NCBI GenBank assembly: GCA_902800185.1
Contig: CADCDK010000002.1
Span: 49,651 to 113,650 of the forward strand
Direction of reading: 5' to 3'
From: an uncultured Prevotellaceae bacterium
GTDB taxonomy: Bacteria; Bacteroidota; Bacteroidia; Bacteroidales; Bacteroidaceae
Length of the DNA stretch: 64,000 nt
The notes below the pieces were generated by a model that worked only from the letters and a program-made list of their open reading frames with translations, had not been told where the DNA came from and made no database searches. Within the stretch, counting starts at the first letter, position 1; every line of letters begins with the position of its first letter. This document shows, one piece after another, positions 37,219-45,318 of this stretch. The position numbers were made by a program, and so were the translations under genes.

Positions 37219-40200
37219 ATGAAAACAAAGAATCTTTTAACCCTTTGTCTCCTGACGCTCTGTGCATGGACCGCACAGGCACAGGAATGGTATGACGTAA
37301 CCCAGTCTTTTCTCAAGAACACGGGATTTGATACGGGGTTCAATTACGTGGTTGGCGACGAGGGAAACGTTGACGAGGACTTGCTCGACATCCCCTCGTG
37401 GACACCGACCAATCTGAGCAACGCCACCGTGGCGGGCATCTATCAGTTTGGAACGCAGAAGACCTTCCTCAGCACCGCCGTGCCCCCAACAGGCTTCGAC
37501 GGAACTGCCGAGGGTGGGTGTCTCGTTATGGCCGGACCTTCTGCCAAGAGCGTGCAGTATGTTCAGAGTACGGGACTCCTTGCCCCAGGTAACTATAAGC
37601 TCGTTGTGGCCTACTACAACACCGCCCTCTCGGAGAAGGTCACCTCGCAAATCGTTGTCACACCTGTTGGTGGAACCGTTGCCCGTTCAAGGGTCAGAAG
37701 CATCGCTTCCAGGACATGGATCGAGGAGGAGTTGGAGTTTAAAATCAACAAGGCTACCACCGCCACGGTGCAGATAGGCTATCTGCCACAGGCCAATACC
37801 GAGACGGGTGACTATGTGAAGATGGTTTACGACTACGTGAAGCTGATGCGCGACCATGACATTGACGAGACCGACCTGTCTGTGCTTCGTGATGAGTTGC
37901 AGGGACTGCTCTCCCAGTTGAATGAACTGGCTGTGAAGGCGGGGAGCGATGCCACCGAGTTGCACCAGCTCATTGCCGACATGCAGGCTCTCTACGACAA
38001 TTCCGAGGCTACCATGTCCGATCTCACTGCTGCCATCGAGAATTTGAAGGCCGTGATGCCCGAGCTCGAGTGGGAATACAGCGGCAAGGTGACCATGCGG
38101 TATGTGCGTGGTGCCACGAAGTGCTTCGTGCGTGTGGATGTGGAAGGCATTGACGAGAGTGATATCGTGAAGCGTGGTACCTGCCTGAGCAGCACACCGG
38201 AACCCACCCAGGAGGGAACGCCGCACAGCAGATTCGTACAGTTCAATGGAAGCATCTACGGATTCGACGACCTGACACCCTGTACGAAATATTATCTGAA
38301 CGCTTATGTGATGATGACCGACGGACGTGTCAAATACGCCAAGCCCGTGAAGTTCTACACGATTCCCAAGGGGCAGGTCTCTTGCACCTTCTATAACAAG
38401 AGCGGCAACACCGATACCGATAACCGCATTCAGAGTGCTATCACATCGGCCTGCGACTACTTCAACAACATGACCAGTGCCGTCCGTAACTTCGGTCTCG
38501 GATACAGTGCCGGTACACCTACCGCCGACTGTAACTACACAGATTCTCCGTGGATCAACATGGGAGCCAACTCCTCTTACCAGCGTACGGGAACATTGAT
38601 GCACGAGATGCAGCATGGCATGGGACTCATTCCCTATACAACGCAGTGGAACAAGAATATCCTCCGCGCAGGACTCGACGGCGACGGTAGGGGTACGGGA
38701 CAATGGTTAGGCGACCGCGCTACGTATGTCACCCGATTCTGGGCAAACGACGAGAACGAGGTCCTGACAGGCGACTATCAGCACATGTGGCCCTATGGCA
38801 TTAATGGTGCGCATGAGGACAATGGAGGCGATCCCCTGTATCTTGCAAACGCTTCCTTGGCGCAGGCACTCGGCGAAGATGGACTGGAGCATAACATCTA
38901 CCTGCGTCATGCAGACCCCTATTATTCCCTTGATCAGGAGGACGACGTGAAATACTACCTGAAGAACGAGAGTGAAGACCGTGGACTCTACAGCGCATTC
39001 CTCGTAGAGGGTAGTAACGGTGCTCCCATCTGGAAAGAGATGTCAAACACCGAGGCGCGTGCCGATGATCATAATGCTTGGTACGTAACCTTCACGCCCG
39101 CCAACCAGCAGTATCAGTTCCGCAATGCCGCTACGGGCAAGTACCTCACGTTGAACGGACAGAACATCACGCTGACAACCGTCTCCAAACCTTCTACGAC
39201 ACAGGACTTCCACCTGATGAAGGCACGTGTGGATGCCATCGAGGGCTCAACTCTCCGTGGCTACTGGATGGTTCGCACAGCATCCTATACGCCCAGTTGC
39301 ATGATTGCCAAGGCTGATGGAGGCGTAGGCGTAGGCTCGCTCGATCTCCATAACACCTCCACTGCACAGCGTTGGCTTATCATGAACAGTGAGGAAATAG
39401 ACGCTTTCGACAAATCGGCAACAGAGGCATTCAAAGTGAACCTTAGTGATGTCATCGCACAGCTTGAGGCTTTGCAGGCAGTTCCTCATACTGAGGATGC
39501 TGCCGGCACCGATGAGCAGCTGTCACAGACCATCCAAAACCTGCAGTCGGCTGCCGAGACAGTAAGCTCTGCCTACGAGGTTTCCACCCTGGTACAGCAG
39601 GCACAGCAGGCTGAGTTCGACTTCCTTTCCAATGCTACACCTACTGACATGACGAAGCCCTTCGACCTCTCGCTGCTCATCACCAATGCTGGCATGGATG
39701 CCGCCGACGGTTGGTCAACGGCTCCCGCACTGAGCTATTCCTGTGGAGAGTTCTATCAGAAGACCTTCAACATGAACCAAAACCTTCAGAATATGCCTGC
39801 CGGAACCTATCAGCTGCGTGCCCAGGCCTTCCAGCGCCCGGGAACTTCGGCACAGTCCTACAGCGACTATCTGGCAGGGCAACAGAAGGTCACCACCTAT
39901 CTTTATATCAACTCGACAGCAGAGCGTGTCTGCAACATCTCCGTCGGAGCACAACCAAGCCGCATCGGTACAGGTTCTGAGGTGGCAGTGGGCTCTCCTT
40001 CTGTCTATCTGCCCAATACCATGGAGGCGGTATCAGCCTATTTCGCCCGCGGACTGTATGAGAACGAGGTGACAGCAGAGTTGGCAGAGAGTGGAAACCT
40101 GCGCCTGGGTATCCGCTGCTCCTCATCCAGTGACAGCTACTGGAGCATCTTCGACAACTTCCGCCTGTACTTCTTTGGCAAGAAGTCGGCAGAGGAGGTG

Positions 40201-40341
40201 ACGGGCATCGATGCCATTGAAAACGGACAATCAGTCATGGGCAATGGTGTTTTCTACGATCTGCAGGGCCGTCAGGTGATGGGTAAACCCACGCAGCGCG
40301 GCATCTACATCTTCGGTGGCAAGAAGGTCGTGATTAAATAA
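37219..40341 (+). CDS. secreted multidomain zincin-like protein with ricin-like and T9SS-type C-terminal domains
   Basis: Signal peptide; PTADCNY..TLMHEMQHGMG..HMWPYGINGA; YQFRNAATGKYL..AQRW ricin-like region; tail FYDLQGRQV..RGIYIFGGKKVVIK. Confidence 0.75.
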   Translation: MKTKNLLTLCLLTLCAWTAQAQEWYDVTQSFLKNTGFDTGFNYVVGDEGNVDEDLLDIPSWTPTNLSNATVAGIYQFGTQKTFLSTAVPPTGFDGTAEGGCLVMAGPSAKSVQYVQSTGLLAPGNYKLVVAYYNTALSEKVTSQIVVTPVGGTVARSRVRSIASRTWIEEELEFKINKATTATVQIGYLPQANTETGDYVKMVYDYVKLMRDHDIDETDLSVLRDELQGLLSQLNELAVKAGSDATELHQLIADMQALYDNSEATMSDLTAAIENLKAVMPELEWEYSGKVTMRYVRGATKCFVRVDVEGIDESDIVKRGTCLSSTPEPTQEGTPHSRFVQFNGSIYGFDDLTPCTKYYLNAYVMMTDGRVKYAKPVKFYTIPKGQVSCTFYNKSGNTDTDNRIQSAITSACDYFNNMTSAVRNFGLGYSAGTPTADCNYTDSPWINMGANSSYQRTGTLMHEMQHGMGLIPYTTQWNKNILRAGLDGDGRGTGQWLGDRATYVTRFWANDENEVLTGDYQHMWPYGINGAHEDNGGDPLYLANASLAQALGEDGLEHNIYLRHADPYYSLDQEDDVKYYLKNESEDRGLYSAFLVEGSNGAPIWKEMSNTEARADDHNAWYVTFTPANQQYQFRNAATGKYLTLNGQNITLTTVSKPSTTQDFHLMKARVDAIEGSTLRGYWMVRTASYTPSCMIAKADGGVGVGSLDLHNTSTAQRWLIMNSEEIDAFDKSATEAFKVNLSDVIAQLEALQAVPHTEDAAGTDEQLSQTIQNLQSAAETVSSAYEVSTLVQQAQQAEFDFLSNATPTDMTKPFDLSLLITNAGMDAADGWSTAPALSYSCGEFYQKTFNMNQNLQNMPAGTYQLRAQAFQRPGTSAQSYSDYLAGQQKVTTYLYINSTAERVCNISVGAQPSRIGTGSEVAVGSPSVYLPNTMEAVSAYFARGLYENEVTAELAESGNLRLGIRCSSSSDSYWSIFDNFRLYFFGKKSAEEVTGIDAIENGQSVMGNGVFYDLQGRQVMGKPTQRGIYIFGGKKVVIK

Positions 40342-40347
40342 GGAAAG

Positions 40348-40379
40348 AAAAAAGGGCGCTCGATTCGGGCGCCCTTTTT
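40348..40379. terminator. bidirectional intrinsic terminator
   Basis: AAAAAAGGGCGCTCG-ATT-CGGGCGCCCTTTTT between convergent genes. Confidence 0.85.
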
Positions 40380-40806
40380 ATAGAATATTTAGTGCTGGAC
40401 AAATGGCGAGTGCTCGGTTTTCTGCCGCTTCCATGATTTCTCGCTCACCAGGTCCCTTGTCGTTAATGCCGCAAAGGTGCAGGATGCCGTGGATGATGAC
40501 ACGGTGCAGCTCCTCGTTGTAGGAGCGGTGGAATTGCTCGGCATTGGTGCGCACGGTGTCGAGGGAGATGACAAGGTCGCCGTTCACTGTTGAGCCTTCG
40601 TCGTAGTCGAAGGTGATGATGTCCGTGTAATAGTCGTGTCCGAGATATTCACGGTTGACTTCCAAGATCTTCTCGTCGTTGACAAAAAGATACCCCACCT
40701 CCCCCACGGTTCTTCCATACGTGGCAACCACGGCACGAATCCATGCGGTGGTTGGACGTTTCTTGATTTTCGGCATGCTGATGCCTTCTGCGTTGTATGT
40801 AATCAT
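40378..40806 (-). CDS. ybeY: rRNA maturation RNase YbeY
   Basis: YLGHDYYTDIITF, HRVIIHGILHLCG. Confidence 0.95.
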   Translation of the reverse strand: MITYNAEGISMPKIKKRPTTAWIRAVVATYGRTVGEVGYLFVNDEKILEVNREYLGHDYYTDIITFDYDEGSTVNGDLVISLDTVRTNAEQFHRSYNEELHRVIIHGILHLCGINDKGPGEREIMEAAENRALAICPALNIL

Positions 40807-40827
40807 TGCCTTTATTTGATATCTTTT

Positions 40828-41271
40828 TTACCCTTTAGGAAGAAATTCGTCAACGGGGTAGCCGAAATGAATCAGTTCACGCAGTCCCGACGAGCTGATG
40901 CTCTCCATGCCCGGCTCGGCAAAGAAAATGACGGTTTCGATGCCCGCGATGCGGCGGTTGAAGTCCGACTGCTGACGCTCGAACTCGAAGTCTTGCACCG
41001 AGCGCACTCCTCGCACGAAGAACTGCGCACCCTCGCGGCGGGCAAATTGTACGGCCATATCGCTGAAGGTCTTCACCTCAATGCGCGGTTCACTTTTGTA
41101 CAGGTCGGCAATGTGCTGGCAACGCTCCTCAAGGGGTTGCAGGTATTGCTTGCGCTCGTTGTGACCAATGCCGATAATCAGGCGGTCGAAGAGCGGTAGC
41201 GCACGGCGCACGATGGAGGCGTGGCCGATGGTGAAGGGGTCGAAAGACCCAGTGAAGATGGCTGTTCTCAT
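40828..41271 (-). CDS. coaD: pantetheine-phosphate adenylyltransferase
   Basis: AIFTGSFDPFTIGH, VRGVRSVQDFEFE, ISSS. Confidence 0.93.
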   Translation of the reverse strand: MRTAIFTGSFDPFTIGHASIVRRALPLFDRLIIGIGHNERKQYLQPLEERCQHIADLYKSEPRIEVKTFSDMAVQFARREGAQFFVRGVRSVQDFEFERQQSDFNRRIAGIETVIFFAEPGMESISSSGLRELIHFGYPVDEFLPKG

Positions 41272-41291
41272 AAGGGTTGATGTCTTTTGTT

Positions 41292-42026
41292 CTATGTCGT
41301 TGTCCATTGATGGACGATGGCTTCCACCAGCTTTCTGCCGTCGGTGTGAAGTTTCTCGCCGTCCATGTACCAGATGCTGTCGGCCTTTCGCAATGCCAGC
41401 TCCAGGTCGTGTGTAGAGAGCAGAATGGTTTTCTGTTGCTCGTGTGCCAACTGGCGCAGCAGTTCCAGTGTCTCCGTCTTGCTTTGGAAGTCGAGAAAGG
41501 CTGTCGGCTCGTCCAACAGGATGATGGGAGTCTCTTGTGCCAGAGCCTTCGCGATGAAAACTTTCTGTCGTTCACCGTCGCTGAGCGATGGTATAGCACG
41601 GTCTTGTAAGGAGCTGATGTCAGTGAGACGAAGGGCTGTCGTCACGGCTTCCTGATCGGTGGGACTGAGCGTCCCCCAGAAGTTGGTGTAGGGTGTGCGC
41701 CCCAATGCTACCACCTCTCTGACGCTCATCCTCCCTAACGATGGCCTATCGGTCAGCACCACGCCAATCAGCTTGGCAAGGGCACGTCGGTTGACTTGGT
41801 GTCGGGCATCGAGAGTGACGGTTGCTCCGTAGCAAATGGAGCCCGTCAGTAGTGGTTGGAAACCAGCCAAAGTGCGCAGCAGCGTTGATTTGCCGGTTCC
41901 GTTGCGCCCGATCAAACAGGCCAGCTCGCCTGCCGATAGCGTGGCATTGAGATCTTGGGCCACAATCTTCGTTTGGGTGCCCGTCCTGTAGCCGATGTCT
42001 GCGTGCTGCAATATGATAGGTTCCAT
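41292..42026 (-). CDS. ABC transporter ATP-binding protein (iron-complex/cobalamin type)
   Basis: GRNGTGKSTL, LGRTPY, LSDGERQK, LLDEPTAFLD, STHDL. Confidence 0.9.
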   Translation of the reverse strand: MEPIILQHADIGYRTGTQTKIVAQDLNATLSAGELACLIGRNGTGKSTLLRTLAGFQPLLTGSICYGATVTLDARHQVNRRALAKLIGVVLTDRPSLGRMSVREVVALGRTPYTNFWGTLSPTDQEAVTTALRLTDISSLQDRAIPSLSDGERQKVFIAKALAQETPIILLDEPTAFLDFQSKTETLELLRQLAHEQQKTILLSTHDLELALRKADSIWYMDGEKLHTDGRKLVEAIVHQWTTT

Positions 42027-42099
42027 CGCTGCAAAGGTACGAAAAAGTTAAGAGATGAGAGATGAAAGTTGAGAGTTTTTTGTATCTTTGCAGCTGCTT

Positions 42100-44043
42100 A
42101 TGCCACAGACTTCACCCATATTGGAACTGCAACGGCAGCGCATGCTGCTGGAAATTGAATACTACACGGAGAAAGAAGCCTTTCGCCGACAGACCGAGAT
42201 GATTGGACTGCGACGCAAGGTGAAGCGTGGCGATGCCTGGTTCCCCCTGCGTGTGGGCAAGAGCTATTACAATTCTTTGAACCAGTTAGCGGTGGAGATA
42301 CACCGCACGGCAGACGAGGAGATAGAACACAACTTCGAATACGGGAAGCCTGTTTGTTTCTTTAAGGCCGTTTCACCCCTGTCCTCTCCGAAACAGGAGG
42401 GGAAGGCAGTCTCCCTCTCTTATTTCTCGTTCACAGGGACGGTCTCGTATGTAGAGGATGACCGAATGGTTGTCACCGTGCCCGACGGTACCCGTCTGGC
42501 CGACCTGCAGTTCTCCGATGGGCAACTGGGCATACAGCTGTTCTTCGACGAGACTTCCTACCGGCTGATGTTCGATGCCTTGGAGCGAGCCATCAATGCA
42601 CGGGGCAACCGTCAGGCTTACCTGCGGGATTTGTTTTACACTCCAAGTCAACAGCCAGAAACCTCCCATCTGCCGCCCGTGAGTCTTCCTTGGCTCAACC
42701 CCACACAGGAGCGGGCGGTGAACGAAGTGCTGCGGGCCAAGGATATTGCTATCGTACACGGCCCTCCTGGAACGGGAAAGACTACCACCCTCGTTGAGGC
42801 TATCTTCGAAACGTTGCACAGAGAGAGTCAGGTGTTGGTTTGTGCGCAAAGTAACATGGCGGTGGATTGGATCTCGGAACGGTTGGTGGACCGTGGGGTG
42901 AGCGTGCTACGCATAGGCAATCCCACCCGTGTGAATGACAAGATGCTCTCCTTCACTTACGAGCGACGCTTCGAGGCCCATCCCGACTACCCGCAGCTAT
43001 GGAGCATCCGCAAGGCCATTCGTGAGCTGAGAACTCAGCGCAAGCGTGGCTCTGACAGTTGGCACCAGAAGATGGAACGCTTGAAGAGTCGTGCCACAGA
43101 ATTGGAGATAAGAATCAATGCCGAGCTTTTCAGTGAAGCCCGTGTCATTGCCTGTACACTGACGGGAGCCGCCAACCGCTTGTTGGAACGTCAAAAGTTT
43201 CATACCCTGTTTATCGATGAGGCAGCACAGGCACTGGAAGCCGCCTGTTGGATTGCCATTCGGAAGGCATCAAGGGTCGTTTTTGCGGGCGACCACTGCC
43301 AGTTGCCGCCAACCGTGAAGAGCATCGCCGCTCTCAAAGCCGGTCTTGGCAAGACACTCATGGAACGCATTGTTGAGAACCACCCGCAGGCTGTAACATT
43401 GCTGGAAGTGCAATACCGCATGAACGAAGAAATCATGCGCTTCTCTTCCGACTGGTTCTATGGCGGACGGGTGAAGAGTGCCCCACAAATCAAATACCGT
43501 GGTATTCTCGACTACGATATTCCTATCGAGTGGAAAGACGAGAGTGGAAAAGGAGATGAGGAAACAGGAGAGAGAAGCAAAGAAGAATTTGTGGGTGAGA
43601 GCTTCGGACGCATCAACAAACGGGAAGCCGAACAGACGTTGGAAGAACTACAGCGTTACTTCACCAAGATATGCAAAACACGCATTCTGGAAGAACAGAT
43701 TGACGTAGGTGTTATCTCGCCCTATCGGGCACAAGTGCAATATCTCCGCCAGCTCATCAAGAAACAGGAGTTCTTCAAACCTTATCGAAAGCTCATCACG
43801 GTGAATACTGTCGATGGGTTCCAAGGGCAGGAGCGTGACGTAATCGTCATCTCGCTGGTGCGTTCTAACGATGAAGGTCAGATTGGCTTCTTGCGTGACC
43901 TGCGCCGCATGAATGTTGCTATTACTCGTGCTCGCATGAAACTCATCATCCTCGGAGACCAGGAAACACTCACCCGACACCCGTTCTATCGCAAGCTTTG
44001 GGAATATGTGGAGGGATTAAAAGAAGAATGCCCCCAAGTGTAA
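42100..44043 (+). CDS. superfamily 1 (Upf1/IGHMBP2-like) helicase
   Basis: HGPPGTGKTT, CAQSNMAVD, IDEAAQ, GDHCQLPP, QYRM, TVDGFQGQERD, RRMNVAITRAR. Confidence 0.92.
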   Translation: MPQTSPILELQRQRMLLEIEYYTEKEAFRRQTEMIGLRRKVKRGDAWFPLRVGKSYYNSLNQLAVEIHRTADEEIEHNFEYGKPVCFFKAVSPLSSPKQEGKAVSLSYFSFTGTVSYVEDDRMVVTVPDGTRLADLQFSDGQLGIQLFFDETSYRLMFDALERAINARGNRQAYLRDLFYTPSQQPETSHLPPVSLPWLNPTQERAVNEVLRAKDIAIVHGPPGTGKTTTLVEAIFETLHRESQVLVCAQSNMAVDWISERLVDRGVSVLRIGNPTRVNDKMLSFTYERRFEAHPDYPQLWSIRKAIRELRTQRKRGSDSWHQKMERLKSRATELEIRINAELFSEARVIACTLTGAANRLLERQKFHTLFIDEAAQALEAACWIAIRKASRVVFAGDHCQLPPTVKSIAALKAGLGKTLMERIVENHPQAVTLLEVQYRMNEEIMRFSSDWFYGGRVKSAPQIKYRGILDYDIPIEWKDESGKGDEETGERSKEEFVGESFGRINKREAEQTLEELQRYFTKICKTRILEEQIDVGVISPYRAQVQYLRQLIKKQEFFKPYRKLITVNTVDGFQGQERDVIVISLVRSNDEGQIGFLRDLRRMNVAITRARMKLIILGDQETLTRHPFYRKLWEYVEGLKEECPQV

Positions 44044-44097
44044 GATTGGCACTTGAGGGCTTTCTTGTTGATTTCTCCTGAGTGGAGGTAGTCCAGA

Positions 44098-45210
44098 TTA
44101 TTTGTATTCTGTATGACTGCCAGTACCGTCAACGATGACGCAACGGTTCTTGTCGTTCTCAGAGAAGGGCTGTACGGTATCACCTTTGGCATCGGTCGTG
44201 ATGCGGGTGCCGTCGGCCTCATACTTCTCGACCAGTTCGTTCTTGAAGTTCTGAGCACGCTTCTGTGAGTATTGCATGTTGAGCTTCGGCGTTCCAGTGC
44301 CCTTGTCGGCATAACCCGTTACTGAAATCTGTGCATCGGGGTTGCGCTTCATGAAGTCGGCAATCTTGTTCATCTTGGTATTGGAAGCTGTGGGATCGCT
44401 CTCACGGATGTCGTAGAACACTTCTTCGTGGAGGTTTTCTTTCACGAGGAAGGGCTTCTTCTCCTCTACAACGACGGGAGCCTCTGTAACAACGGCTGCG
44501 GGAGCCTCAACAACTTCCTCCATGACGGGGATGGCTACAGGTGCAGGCTTCGTGTACTTCTTGCCCAGACGCACGCTGACACCAAGCATGGCGGTCCACT
44601 GCCAGTCGTCGGCATTGTTGCACTTGGAGTTGAAACGGTCGTCCAAGCTATTGGCATTGACTTCCAACGAGATGCCGATAGGCTTCGTTACATCGGTTTC
44701 CAGTCGCAGACCTGCGCGTAGGTTGTGAACCAAACGGTTCTTGTTCCATGCCAACGGAGCCTGGATAGAGGGATACTCGGCCAGAATGCCTTTCAGCTCA
44801 TCGTTGTCCCATGCACGTGTTAAACCGAAACCGCCGATGGCAATGACGTTCAGGAAGTGGTTGGGCTTCTGACTGAACAGGTTGGTCATATTGACCATCA
44901 GGTCAAGGTCGGTTGTGACATATTTCCAAGCATAGGTTCTCCTGTAATTCTCAAAACCGGCCTTGGCCTTTCCTCCATTAGCATGGAGACGCACACCGAT
45001 GGCAGGTGTGAAATAATGTCCTATTGAGAAGGCACCAGTAGGAGTTACCAACTTGTCTTTTCTGTACTGTGTGGTTGTTAACTGGGCACCGCCTTGAACT
45101 TCTATGAATGTCCACGACTTCAGTTTGCCTCTTTCGTCATCTTGTGCAGATACTGCACCCACGAACAGCATGGTCAGCGCTGCCGTTGTTAGTAGTCTTT
45201 TGATTCTCAT
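44098..45210 (-). CDS. OmpA family outer-membrane protein
   Basis: Signal peptide, N-terminal beta-barrel, P/V/E-rich linker, OmpA-C ISVTGYADKGTG..YSQKRA..KGDTVQPF..NRCV. Confidence 0.9.
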   Translation of the reverse strand: MRIKRLLTTAALTMLFVGAVSAQDDERGKLKSWTFIEVQGGAQLTTTQYRKDKLVTPTGAFSIGHYFTPAIGVRLHANGGKAKAGFENYRRTYAWKYVTTDLDLMVNMTNLFSQKPNHFLNVIAIGGFGLTRAWDNDELKGILAEYPSIQAPLAWNKNRLVHNLRAGLRLETDVTKPIGISLEVNANSLDDRFNSKCNNADDWQWTAMLGVSVRLGKKYTKPAPVAIPVMEEVVEAPAAVVTEAPVVVEEKKPFLVKENLHEEVFYDIRESDPTASNTKMNKIADFMKRNPDAQISVTGYADKGTGTPKLNMQYSQKRAQNFKNELVEKYEADGTRITTDAKGDTVQPFSENDKNRCVIVDGTGSHTEYK

Positions 45211-45318
45211 GTTATTGTATTTATTTAAGTTATTGTATCTTTCAATCTGCAAATAAACAAAAAAATTCTTAAAACACCAATATATTCTCCTTTTTTTCAC
45301 AAAAAAGCATGAATATTT

